36,081 nucleotides of DNA from Octopus bimaculoides (GCF_001194135.2 NC_068988.1:81258977-81295057); one strand, 5' to 3'; counted from the first letter of the stretch, positions 1 through 11,567 are shown. Notes: generated by a model from the letters alone, not told the origin. Made by a program: numbers and translations.

Positions 1-259
1 CACTGTCACATATAGAAAAATTAATAAGTAAAAGCACAATAAATAAGTATAATATAATACAAAGTAAATATCATAAGATAATGATAATAATAATGATAAT
101 ATGATATTTACTATATATATATATATATATATTTTATACTGTGAAACTTAATTTAACTTTAATTTTTAATAAATTGAATTTAATTGAGTTTTTACCTGTA
201 AATTTGGATTTTTATCCCTAATATTATATATATATATATATATATATAATTATCAACAG

Positions 260-890
260 GTAACATCCATCTATGCTGGCATGGACCGGATGGTTTGAGA
301 GGAGCTGGCAAATCAGAGGACTGCACCAAGATCCACTGTCTGCTTTGGCATGGTTTTTACAACTGGATTCCCTCCCTAACACCACCTATTTTACAGAGTG
401 AACTGGGTTCATTTTATGTGGTCCTAGCACTAGGGAGTTCTCTTTTGGAATAGCTTTTATGGCTGTATGCCCTCCATAACACCAACCATTTTACAAAATG
501 AATTGGGTAAATTTTGTGACACTAGCACCAACGAGGTCTCCTTTGGCATAGCTTTTATGGCTGGATGCCCTTCCTAATACCAACTATTTTATGTCGCTCT
601 AGCACCAGCGAGGTCTCCTTTGGCATAGTTTTATGACTGAATACAAAGTGGACTGCATACATTTTATGTGGCCCTAGCACCAGTGAGGTCTCCTTTAGCA
701 TATCTTAAATGGCTGTATGCTCTTCCTGATACCAGACATTTTGCAAAGTGCACTGAGTGCATTTTATCTGGTACTAGCATCAGCAAGATCTCCTTTGGCT
801 TATTTTTCATGGCTTGATGCCCTTCCTAATGCCAGCCATTTTACAGCATGAACATGGTGCTTTTTTACATGGCTCTGGCACCAGCAAAAT
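260..890 (-). mobile_element. SINE-like repeat with RTE-type 3' tail; internal segment amplified in about 6 tandem units (344-890)
   Basis: RTE-type tail (reverse complement CCATGCCAGCATAGATGGATGT) at about 262-283. It is followed by 75-100 bp units that each start TTTGGCAT..TTTTA(C/T)GGCTGGATGCCCTTCCTAA and end AGCACCAG..AGGTCTCC. A single-unit relative is at about 4195-4310. Confidence 0.7.
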
Positions 891-2029
891 CACTATATAA
901 CTTGCAAGAGGCAGGATCATATATATATATATAACTTGTGAGAAGCAGGTTCATATTGAAAGAGGTGACTCTGTGCAGGTTGATGAGAGGTTAGAGTATG
1001 ACAGAAGGACAAAAACAGGCATCTTGCTGTAGAGGAGATACATGGTGTTACATTTGAGTCACTAATGTGAGTTGGAAGGAATGTCTCCAATATGTAATGA
1101 GTTTGAGTTGTAACATAATGTGTGTAGTTAGCATTAAAGACAGTTCATAGAAAGAATCCATTTCCAGTGATTTCTTAAAGAGGTGTGAATAAAGAATATT
1201 CAGAAGGCAAGTTTATAAAACAAAAACATTGACATTTATTCAGTAGTGTAATGAGTGCTAGCAAGTGGTAACAAGGATTAATCTTGCATATGAATGGGAA
1301 CCAAATATATGTGTATGCGAGACAGGAAAAATCACATGATGTACTATATACACTGAGGTTTATATGAAGCAGAGTGGAAGCTGATATTAATCAAATGCAT
1401 TGCATGTAGTTGGTGGTGGACATAGAAAATGTGACATGTCAAATAAAGTGATGTTGCTTCTGTGCCGTCAAATTGACAACTCGTTTGAAACTGCCGCTTC
1501 ACTGCTGTAGTGAGTTCCTTCAGCTAAGGCAGGTCACTGCCATTTTATTCATATGCTTCCAGCTCTGATTGGCTGGAATCTTCCACAGCACAACTGAACT
1601 ATGCCATGGCGACGTAATAAATCGTTTCTGACTCGCTACAATGGTTACACCAGCTGGAGAGAGAGAGAGGGAGAGTAAAAGAGAGCAAGAGAGATGGTGG
1701 TGATGTGCCAGGGCATACTCTAAAGGTACAAGGATGTGAATATAAATGGAATGGTAGAGGATTGTCCAGGGTGCATGAGTAGTGAGTTCACAAAAGTGCA
1801 AAAAGGGATGAAGCAAGAGAAAGGGAGTAATGCAGTGGTGGAACATCAGTGTATAGTGTATAGTGGAACATGGCTGTATAAGAGAGCAATGATACAATTG
1901 GCAGGGGGAGGAGAGATAAGTATAGTGCATGAAGAAGAGATGTGGTTTGGTTTATTGGGGTATGGTAGGTGAATTAATGTCACATGAGGGTGGAATTCAC
2001 AGCACTTCGAGAACTCAGTTTCGCTGAGG

Positions 2030-2845
2030 TTGGCAGTCTTCTCATGAATTTCGTATCACCAGATATTTCAGTCTATTGTCATCTCTGTGAGGCCTAACAT
2101 CTTGAGATTGGCCTTCACTACTTCATCCCATACCTTCTTGGCTCTTTCTCTTCCTCAGGTGCCATCCACTTTAAATGACTAACACTTCTTTATACAGCTG
2201 TCTTTGTTCATATGCATCACACATCCAAACCAACTTAGTATTCTTTCTTGCGAGCTACATCTGATTCCTCTTACGCACAACTTTTCTCTCAGCACATTTG
2301 CATTTCGTTGCACACTGGTGTTGTACACCCAATGGAGAATACAAACTTCATTCCTCTCTAAGCTATGCATGTTGTCTGTGTTCAGTGCCCAGATCTCCCT
2401 ACCATGGAGTATAGCCATTCATACAAAAGCATCATACAGTCTGCCTTTCACTCTGATAGAAAGGCCTTTTGTTGCCAACAGAGGTAATAAGCTCTCTGAA
2501 TTTCTTCCATCCTATTCTTATTCTAGCAACAATACTTTCAGAACATCCTCCTCTACTGCTAATTTGGTCACCTGGGTAACAGAGAGTATCTAAAACCTTA
2601 AGAGAGCCTCCTGGGCATTTGATTGAATCCTCAGTATGTTTAGTGTTTATTGTTCCTGCAAATCTGGCACATATGAAGATGGATTCCTCTGTTAACCTAA
2701 CAGTTCTGTTATAGATTCTGCTATAAGAGTGAAGTCATCAGTATATTGTAGCTCCTTCAAGCAGCTAGTTTTAAATTCCATTGTTATGGCCAAGAGGACT
2801 ATGATGAATAAGAAGGACTAAGAACTGAGCTCTGGTGAGCCCCTT
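2030..2845 (-). mobile_element. RTE-clade LINE, degenerate 3' part (RT motifs to C-terminus)
   Basis: Minus-strand translation with frameshifts gives GAHQSSVLSP..LFIIVLLAITMEFKTSCLKELQYTDD (YADD equivalent), then KGRLYDAFV.MAILHGREIWAL..LERNEVCILHW..LREKLCVRGIRCSSQERILSWFG..WDEVVKANLKMLGL. Confidence 0.9.
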
Positions 2846-3419
2846 ACACCACACACACACATTCATGTCTTTATAGCAGTATTTTCCATTGGTACATATT
2901 GTTAAATAATCAGCTACAGAAAAAAAATACTGAATAACACTACAAAGTTAAATGAAAGCCTAGCTAAGGCTACCATCATCATTTTACTTTTCGTTTCCAT
3001 GCTGGCATAAGTTTGATGGGTTGTCAAGATGTGAGTTTTAATATTTGGAATTACTGTCCTCTTAGATATTGCAGGACACACCTCACTTGTATGTTCCCAT
3101 AGTGGGAAGTTATTTATATCAACCATTTTACCATATACTGGGTAGATTTTACTGTGGCACCAACATGAGCAAGGGTGCCATGTCCCTTGCAAGACAGATA
3201 AATACTCATTTGTTTATGAGATTTCCATTTGTTCAAACAGGTGTGATTAAGAGAGTGAATAGAAGAGAAAAAGTTAAGAGATAAACCAAGGTGAGAAAGG
3301 TGGTATATTCACACACACTTATAGGAAAATTTTGCCATTGCAACCCAATAAAAAAAGTATGAAAAGTTAGAAAACCATGAGTAATTTGATCTAAACTCAA
3401 TGCTGTGACAGTTATGTAA

Positions 3420-3580
3420 TTGCAACACACATGTGCATACACATGCATGTATACATAGTTGGAGTTGCATATTCATGCATTGCAGATATGCATATGTATA
3501 TACATATGCATATATGCATATATACACATGCACATATATTCATGTACACACAAATACATGTACACATACACATGTATGTG
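3420..3580. repeat. Imperfect (TACA/TGCA/TA)n microsatellite
   Basis: Visible low-complexity repeat. It explains the tracked ORFs 3233-3448 and 3309-3533. Confidence 0.85.
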
Positions 3581-4119
3581 ATTTAATATAATTATATCCT
3601 CAGCATGAATAACATTCTTGATATGATTTGGCCTACCTGTCCCCATTTACCGCAATAGAAAATAGGTCTGTTACTTGATCAGGACTGATATGAAACCAGA
3701 CAATAACAATCACACAGTAAATAGCTGAAATACTTAAATAAATGACAAAGCATTATTTCATTTGTTTCTGTTTATGTATAACCTGGTATTTATCTTTCTA
3801 TTTTTACGATGGCTGTACAATGAACGTACATACGTTGCATGCAAGCCACAGCACAATAAATGGGCTGAGAAAGCAGTAAGACATTAAATACATCAACTTA
3901 TATATGCAGGCAAGATGGCTGCTTTGGTATGGAGAAGACATAGTGTGCTGTGGATGGAGAAGACATAGTGGCTGAGAAAAATGGCTGACTAGAATGTAGC
4001 TGTAGCAAATCATAGAGGACATGGGAAAAAATGAAATCTGATCAGGGGATGGTGGGCCTCAAAGACAAAATGCTAAAAGGATGATGCATGACAGACTCAA
4101 ATAACATATGTAAATGTCA

Positions 4120-4320
4120 TCATCATCATGTCTTCTATGCTTGCAGTAGTTAGTTCAAAATGATCTAATGATTGGTGGGACTGTGTTGTACTCCAATGTC
4201 TGTTTTGGTATGGTTTTTACAGCTGAATGCCATTCCTGATACCAACCACTTTACAGAGTGTACTGGCTGCAATTTTTTCATGACATCAGTACTAGTGAAG
4301 CTGTTTTGCAACTTATAAGA
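4120..4320 (-). mobile_element. SINE-like repeat, same family as 260-890, single unit
   Basis: TTTTGGTATGGTTTTTACAGCTGAATGCCATTCCTGATACCAACCACTTTACAGAGTGTACTGG matches the tandem unit at 344-890. A CATCATCAT tail lies at about 4118-4128. Confidence 0.65.
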
Positions 4321-4859
4321 GTAAGGAACTAAAGGTGGCCCTGTAATTGATGGTGAGTAAAAGAGAGGGTGATGATTCTAGGCAAGGTAATGAGTAGCTA
4401 GAAAAGAGGACCGATCAAGTAATAGTCATCATAATCAGCACCATTGACCTTTTATGTCATTTTTCTGTGCTGGCATGGGTTGGTTAGGGTTTTCAAGGGA
4501 GTGTTTTATGACTAGATCCCCTTCCTGTCACCCTCCTTTTGGTTACCTCTAACCACATAAAGACACAGTGTACCTATTCTAAAAACTGGGGCTCATTGCA
4601 TGAAGAAACCTGTTGTCTTCCAGGCTTCCTCAAGTAATGAGACTATGATTAAATGTCATGAACAAATCTTCTTAGTGTTATTGGAGATTTAAGGATAAAT
4701 TGAGGGCATAATTCCCAATAACCACAGTATTTCTGTAAGGAGCACTGATCCCAGGTATTACTAACTTTGAAAACATTGTGCTCTGTTTTTCACCACATAT
4801 TTTGCTGATTATACAATTAAGAGGAAATGTAGTGTAACCACCACTACCATTATTATTAT

Positions 4860-5090
4860 TTAGGTGGTGAGCTGGCAGAATTGTTAGCACACCAAGCAAA
4901 ATGCTTAGCAGTATTTCATCAGTCCTTATTTTCTGAGTTCAAATTCTGTTGAGGTTCATTTTACCTTTTATCCTTTTGGGGTCGATAAATTATGTACCAG
5001 TGAAACACTGGAGTTGACATTATCGATTAGTCCCCTATCCTCGAATTTTGGCCGGTGTGGCCACTAAAGAAAGGATTATTATAAATTATT
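4860..5090 (+). mobile_element. tRNA-type SINE, family A (full length)
   Basis: Head GGTGGTGAGCTGGCAGAATTGTTAGCAC, B-box-like TTCTGAGTTCAAAT, conserved body CCTTTT(C)ATCCTTT.GGGGTCGATAAATTA.GTACCAG and an (ATT)n tail. Many copies occur in this window. Confidence 0.85.
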
Positions 5091-5099
5091 ATTCCAGTG

Positions 5100-5900
5100 G
5101 ATACAAAAAAAGAGGCATTTTCTGTTTCCCCTGGAACTAAACAGGGCTGTGTTTTAGCTCCTGTACTTTTCACAATATTCTTTTTGATTATGCTACAACA
5201 TGTTTTAAGGATAACCACGAAAGTGTAAATATCAGCTTCACATAGACGAAAGTCTACTAAACATAAATAGGCAAAGCTTCAGATCTAAGGAGAATATTAG
5301 GGAAGAGATTCTATCCAATTTTCTGTTTGTTCATGATTGCATTTTGATTTCTCATACATTTGAAGGAATTCAGGAAATAGTTGACAGGTACGTTGTGGCA
5401 GCTTGTGCATTCAGCATGAAGAAGAATGAAATATTATAACAGAAAATGCTAGGGATTCAAATGTGATGATTGACAATAAGCCACTCAAATGGGTCAGGAC
5501 ATTTAAATATCTTGGAAAATACAGTAAACTTTAAGAGTACTGTTGATGATAGAATCAATGTTTAAATATCTAAGGCTACAAGTACTTTTAGAAAACTTTC
5601 CCACCGTTTTTTAGATGAACAATGTCTGTTTAAAAACTCAAGTGTATATAAATCTTGTATTTTGAGCACACTTTTGTAAGGGGCAGAAGCATGGACTCCC
5701 TACCACAAACATATAAAGAAACTTGAAATCTTTTATTTGTGCTGTCTGTGCAATATTTGCAAGATAAAATGGCAAGTAAGACATCAAATATCAAAATCTT
5801 AGAAAAATGTGATATCACCAGTATCAAAAGCATGCTGTAGAGAATTCAGTGCAGATGGACCAGGATATGTTATTTAAATGCAAGATGATCGCTTTCCGAA
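5100..5900 (+). mobile_element. RTE-BovB-like LINE, degenerate RT and C-terminal region
   Basis: Plus-strand translation with frameshifts and stops gives GTKQGCVLAPVLFTIFF, NFLFVHDCILISHT (FADD equivalent), FKYLG, ISKATSTFRKL, VYKSCILSTLL.GAEAWTPYHKHIKKLE..IKWQ..MQDDRFPK. Confidence 0.85.
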
Positions 5901-6420
5901 AATTCATCTGCTGCTACGTTCTGAGTTCAAATTCCGCCAAGGATGACTTTGCCTTTCATCCTTTCAGGGTTGATAAATTTAGTATCAGTGAAGCACTGGG
6001 GTTAATGTAATTGACTAGTCTCCTCCCACAAAATTTCAGGCCTTGTGCTACAGTAGAAAGGATTATTATTATTATTATTAAGGCGGCAAGCTGGGCAAGC
6101 TGGCAGAATTGTTAGCACACTGGGCAAAATGCTTGGTGGTATTTCATCGTTCTGGGTTCAAATTCTGCCAAGATCGACTTTTGCCTTTCATCCTTTCAAG
6201 GTTGATAAATTAAGTACCAGTTACATAGCGGGGTCGATGTATTTGACTTAATCCCTTTCCTTAAATTTGAGGCCTTGTACTTTCAGTAGAAAGGATTATT
6301 ATATTCTGAGTTCAAATTCTGCCAAGGTTGACTTATCCTTTTGGGGTCGATAAATTAAGTACCAGTGAAACACTGGAGTTGATGTGATCAACACATCCCC
6401 TCCCAAAATGGCTGCCCTTG
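5901..6420 (+). mobile_element. Three head-to-tail family-A SINEs (about 5901-6078, 6080-6300, 6303-6420)
   Basis: Three successive copies of TTCTG(A/G)GTTCAAATTC..GCCAAG..GACTT..CCTTT..GATAAATT.AGTA.CAGT. Each new copy begins at the (ATT)n tail of the previous one. Confidence 0.85.
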
Positions 6421-6965
6421 TCTGGTGGTAAAATTTTTGTCCAAACTTCATTGTGTAACTTTATAACACAAACCTCAATAGCCTATAGAAAAAATTAGAT
6501 GGAATACTTTTGTTTGACTGTTTTTCGAAGGCACTCATGTATGCTTCTACCTCTTCATTGTGGTCAATATTGGGATATAAGTAAGAAACACCCTATGGTT
6601 ACCAATAAACAGTTTTCAACATTGGAGGAAATCTTTTGAACTTTTTGTGTATTTTGGGGAGACCATAAAATACAGGTGTTCTTCTCTCTGACTGTAAATT
6701 CCTGGATTCAGCCTTATTAATGAAATTGTTTTTCTCCATTTCCAGAATTATTTTGTCAATTCCTCTCTGTAATTGGGGTTTGGATTGGCAGGTAAGTCAT
6801 CATATGAAGTTTTGTCATTTAAAACTTCTTCACAAGCTGAAATATACTCACTTTTGTCCATAATTACAATAGCGCTTCCCTTATCCACCATTTTAAACAC
6901 AATAGAATCATTATTAGCTTGACGGCAGAGTATGTAATGCTGGGAACTTGTGAAGTTATTCCAGG
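6420..6965 (-). mobile_element. Penelope-like element (PLE) reverse transcriptase, degenerate and internally deleted
   Basis: Minus strand reads NNFTSSQ..NNDSIVFKMVDKGSAIVIMDKSEYI (ADKG motif), then FYGLPKIHKK (6641-6670), then ENCLLVTI.VSYLYPNIDHNEEVEA (DVxSLYxNI motif), then SYTMKFGQKFYHQ. It is cut at about 6420 by a SINE. Confidence 0.9.
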
Positions 6966-6999
6966 ATTTCTTTCCACCTGTTTCTGGATGGGTGATAGA

Positions 7000-7460
7000 A
7001 AGTGAGTGATTCTGTAGTTTTGTAGGCAAAATCTTAAATGTGTTCACACTTTTGATTGGTCAAATAAAAACTTCTCTGGAGAGTTTTCATTAACTAGTTC
7101 AAATGTGTACACCAGGGAAAAAAAAACCCACAATCATATGCACCAACTTGGGGATTAGAACTGTAAGAATTATGTTTGTTTGTGGTGAGTACAGCGTTGT
7201 TATCTGTGGTACTGGTAAGTTCAAACTGTCATAAACATAAACATCTCTGAAAATATTAGTTGACAAAAAAAAATTATTGTCCCTGGTGTGATGAATGAAC
7301 AGTGTGCAGTGTGGACTGCATGTTAGAAATTCCATGTGAGAAAGAATGGCTGGTTGTATTGGAATTTCAGGAAAATATTCCACCATGATTTTCAATCTGG
7401 CGTCAATAAGTTTGTCCCCAAAAGTAAAAACAACTTCTGATATTTTAAGACTGACGATGT
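7000..7460 (-). mobile_element. Ulp1-like (peptidase C48) domain, degenerate, directly upstream of the PLE RT
   Basis: Minus strand reads DKLIDARLKIMVEYFPEI..FIHHTRDNNFFLSTNI..VYVYDSLN, then after a frameshift QVGAYDCGFF (Cys codon 7130-7132), then after another frameshift SLVYTFEL..FLFDQSKV*THLRFCLQNYRITHF. The order His-region / YDS / QxxxxDCG / FDQS is that of transposon-borne Ulp1-like proteases. Confidence 0.75.
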
Positions 7461-7550
7461 CATTCCATCAACATGGAAACACTGGCTATCCTTGTTCAAA
7501 TTTTGGACTTGAATTTCTATAATTTTGAATATCTATGTATCACTTTTCAT

Positions 7551-7604
7551 TTTGATCTTGGACGAAGACAAGCTAGCTGTTGAAATATCATTCAAACCAA
7601 TAAA
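7551..7604 (+). ncRNA. Degenerate minimal hammerhead-ribozyme-like motif with AATAAA (probable inverted PLE pseudo-LTR)
   Basis: TTTGA-TCTTGGACGA-AGACA-agctagc-TGTT-GAAA-TATCAT-TCAAA. It has a CUGACGA-like box with an indel, stem II GACA/TGTT (TGTC after undoing one CpG decay), a GAAA box and flanking TTTGA/TCAAA pairing. AATAAA lies at 7599-7604. Confidence 0.35.
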
Positions 7605-7691
7605 ATATCTATTGCAATCACATCGCGCTCTTTGTTTTGTCTATTTACCTTTGTGAAGAGTTACATCAATACTTTTAAAATATTATTATTA

Positions 7692-7980
7692 TTAAGGTGA
7701 CAAGCAGGTAGAATTGTTAGCATACCAGACAAAATGCTTTGACAGCATTTTGTCCATCTGTAGATTCTGAGTTCAAATTCTACCAAGTTCGACTGCCTTT
7801 TATCCTTTCAGGAGTCAATGAAATAAGTACCAGTTGAGCACTAGGATCAATGTAATCAGCTTGTCTCCTCCACAAAATTTCAGGCCTTGTACCTATAGTA
7901 GACTTATTACTACTATTATTATTATTATTAATATTATCATTATTATTATTATTTTTATCATCATCATCATCATTATTATC
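7692..7980 (+). mobile_element. Family-A SINE with long (ATT/ATC)n tail
   Basis: AAGGTGACAAGCAGGTAGAATTGTTAGCA..TTCTGAGTTCAAATTC..AAATAAGTACCAG..TTTCAGGCCTTGT, followed by (ATT)n(ATC)n at 7905-7980. Confidence 0.85.
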
Positions 7981-8269
7981 ATGGCTAATGCATGTCAACT
8001 GAAGAAGTAGCAAGAATAGGCACTTAACAATATAAAACTGACTCCTTCATAGTTCTGAGTTCATCTGTTACATCCACTTGAAAAAGGGATAAAAACTTTG
8101 ATACAATATGTGAGAGAAAATTATTTAGGTCAAGATGAGCCCCGACTGAACAGACTATGATTATAGGTGTTTCAGCCATAAACATCCTGTTTCTTTTTGT
8201 TTTTGTTTTTTTCCCACATAACATATCCAGATCTAATAAATACTATGTGTCCTTCCTTAAAACAGTACT

Positions 8270-9880
8270 TACCTGTTAAGACAGTAGTGACCATAATATT
8301 GGTTATTAATTGATCTAAATGGTGATGATGTAAGCACAAAGAGGAACACTTGCTGATTGGTCCAAAAGGGGATAATGTAGGTATGTCTACAGACACCAGT
8401 TCATCTGGATGAATGAATGGTCATGGCACCAGTTGATTGATGACATAAGCATATCGGTTGATGTCAGCCTAAGAAACTGCCCATTTTTGGATGTATGTTC
8501 AAGTTACTTGGATCCCCAAATATAAAATCTACTACAAGGCCAATGACAATAGCGCCAGGGTCTTCATATTTAACCTCAAAAATACAACCTTGAAAGAGAT
8601 GTGAAGTCATGGTTTGGAAAGATCCACTGAGAACTTCGAAACAATGAACAGAAAAAAATATGTAACTAATTTGTTTCTTTCAGAGTTATAGCAACTAAAT
8701 TCTCAAAGACTTCTGTACTTTGAATATCACTGAATTATCAGAAACCTCTTTATGCTGGATACCACTGAATGTCATGCATTCAAGGCTTCTTTTTAAGTCA
8801 AACAAAGTAGCTATTACTAAATATGGAACAAACTGATGTTGAGTACTGTGTTAGGAAATTAATTACTACGCAAGTTATTCATAGTCAAGGTAATATCATG
8901 AAAAGAGAATAGCAGCTTTAACAAGTATTTGCTGGAGTTGTTAGTCCATTCAGACACAAAACATAATTACATACTAGTGATTCTTAGTAATTTTATACAA
9001 CTAATGAGACACATGTAAATGGTTAGTGAACAATGCAATAGTGCAGTTATAGATCTTAGCTCTGACCCAGACTTGTAAGTGAATTGAAGCAAGCTGACTG
9101 ATAAGACTTTTAATGGAGGAGGCCTTAATGACCATTGTTAATTAGAGTGAAAATGTTTAGAGCAAAACTGTTAATGGCTAACCTAGAATTTAGGAATACT
9201 AACACTAAGAACTGAAATAAAGTTAAATGCAGTGTTTGAGATAAAACTTTGAAACCTTAGCATCAATTGTTAGTAGGAAGAATTTCTGATCATTGTTATT
9301 TGAAAAATAAAAATTAAAAAAAGGAAAAAGAAAAGCATTATTTAAAATAACAAACATTCTAAGGGAGATAAATTAGATTCTACCAATTCTATTGACAGAC
9401 GTTAGAAAAATGGCTGAATCTACAACGAAAACTTCTTCCAAAATACTTGAACAAGTATGAGTTGAAAAACTTTTTGTATTTCAGGACATGGCTTAACACT
9501 TTCAGATTTTCCAAGAAATAATATTTCTCTAATCCACACATGTAACTGGTTGATTGAAGGAATCACGAAAGCAAGATGACAGACATATTTAAGAGAAACA
9601 ATTTAATGAATCACTGAACAAGATATTAATATTGATCACTTTCTCAATCACCCTTCAGATAACTAATACAAACAACTGTCAACTTTATCAGAAGTTCCTA
9701 GTTTGATGTTTCAATATGCACAGATCTAGTATGTGATTACTTAATCCTTTAAGTCTATATTTATTAAATTCCCATTCTGATCTATTTAAACTGGATGTCA
9801 TTAAATTCTTCAGCAGAGGATATAGCAGTAATGATGTATGATTTAGATTTGCATTATTCTTCAGCTCTATCATCAAAAGA
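8270..9880. pseudogene. Unique, apparently non-repetitive sequence with exon-like signals; possible decayed gene (unresolved)
   Basis: On +, donor CAAG|GTAATA (8889/8890) and acceptor TTTTTGTATTTCAG|G (9484/9485) are phase-compatible and give MEQTDVEYCVRKLITTQVIHSQ-G-HGLTLSDFPRNNISLIHTCNWLIEGITKAR* (stop 9577-9579). On -, 8273-8404 is a stop-free 132-nt segment with AG and GTAAGT ends. The surrounding frames contain stops and I recognise no homolog. Confidence 0.2.
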
Positions 9881-9982
9881 AGTTGTTATCTGATGTTCCT
9901 GTTATATAACAATATTCAAATATTATAAGCCTATTATTTTCTCTCTCTGAGCTACCTTTATTTAAGTCAACAACAACTTCAG

Positions 9983-10515
9983 TCATCATCATTGTCAGCA
10001 TACTTACATCCATTTTTCTAAACTGGCACGCATAAGATGGATTAGTTTCAACACAACATCTCACTACTTGTGCAGTCCTTTGTCATCTGTTTTGTAAGGT
10101 TCAGCAGTTTAAGTTTAGTCTTCCCCCATTGCTCCCTGAGGTCATCCCTTCTGCGTGCTCCTTTTACTTTCATTGCTTGACACTTTTTCACCCAACAATC
10201 ATTCTTCATACATGTTACATATCCACATAAATGCAGCCTTCTCTCTTGCCCACTAAAACAGATAACTCTGTTGTCCAATTTCTCTCTGAGTCCACTTTTG
10301 CTGTTGTTCCTATACACTGACATCACATAACTAGAGGAGCATAGTTGCTTCCTCTCTTTTCATCCACAATCAATGCATGCCTCTCATAACCATGCAACAT
10401 CACACTTTATACACAAGCATCATACAGTTTGTCCTTCATTTGGAGAAACAATAATCCTTTGTAGTTAACAGAAGCAATAACTTTATACATTTTCTGTTTT
10501 GTCCCTATTCTGGCT
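9983..10515 (-). mobile_element. RTE-clade LINE 3' end
   Basis: KGLLFLQMKDKLYDACV..LREKLDNRVICFSGQERRLHLCGYVTCMKNDCWVKKC, ending in an RTE-type tail (AAAATGGATG..ATGATGATGA). Same family as 2030-2845. Confidence 0.85.
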
Positions 10516-11567
10516 ATGCCTTCACACCCCACTACTGATTAGATCAACCTGGTAACAAGCTACCAACTATTAATGAGTCTTCTAGTGAATGAAGTGACTA
10601 TTTCAATATATTTTATAGATAATCCCATTCTCAATTTCTACAAACAACCTACAGTAAATGTTGTAGCTTGGGAGGGTCATCATGCCAATAGTAAACACAT
10701 TCACAGGTTTTATTTTGTTTTATTTCTTTGATTATTATTAGTCAACTAATTAACCATTTAACCAAATTTCTAATCAATTATTAGATTAATCATTTAATCA
10801 ACCAATCAATTAATCAATCAGCTATATTCATCAGAGTACTTTTATCACCATCCACAATCTCACAAATGATGTGCCTTCTCTCAACAGAAAGTGATAAACA
10901 AGAATTTAAACAAACTGATTCATCTCTACACAATATTCTATAACAGTATTATTAAATGGTACCAACATTTGGAAACTTGCTCAGAGAAAATAATGTCAAA
11001 GGAATTCAAGAATTGATATCTTTCATACACAAAAGGATAAATTCTATATAGGAGCGTATATAGTCAAAGACATGGACCTCAGTATATGACTGATACTTGT
11101 TGATTCTGGATAGACCTTTGATCTTTGAATCCAAAGAAATGAAACTAAATAATATAGGTTGCTGCTCTTTAGCACCTGGTGGTTCTAGCCAGGACTGTCC
11201 TGTCTTTCTAAGGGCATCTAGGAATTCATTATTCAATGTTTCTTCTCTTCTTACAAGAAAGTAGAATGTAACTTGAAGAAGATTTAACTGCTATTTCTAG
11301 AAGGTTGAATAATCATGTAGAAGCTCCATTACTGGTTTATATTGTAAGTGATTTAGTTTGGTGCTCCACTTCATCTACAAATCATCAAGAGATAGCAGTA
11401 GCCAATATATATATATATATACACAGAAATAGAAATTAAATTACCAAGTATTGGATAGATTTAAGATCAAAGATCATGGAGAGATGTCACCCCTGCTAAA
11501 ATATAAACACAGATATTTCAGGAAATAGATGGTTTAACTGAGGAATTAATAATTCAGTCAGTCAATG

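Noticed and set aside
3241-3290. 50-nt plus-strand exon-like segment (AACAG| .. CCAAG|GTGAGA)
   Set aside because: All three frames contain stops and there is no other support. At most it is a non-coding exon.
6915-6935. YILCRQ read as the start of a PHD finger after the protease
   Set aside because: It fits better as part of the PLE NxT..L..N..IxIKxADKG segment, and no further PHD Cys/His residues follow.
10003-10012. Minus-strand GAT|GTAAGT splice donor
   Set aside because: It falls within the RTE 3' tail and is explained by drift from the tail consensus.
11006-11250. Protein-like minus-strand ORF (EETLNNEFLDALRKTGQSWLEPPG) with a plausible acceptor
   Set aside because: No convincing donor and no recognisable homology. 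It needs BLASTx before any call.
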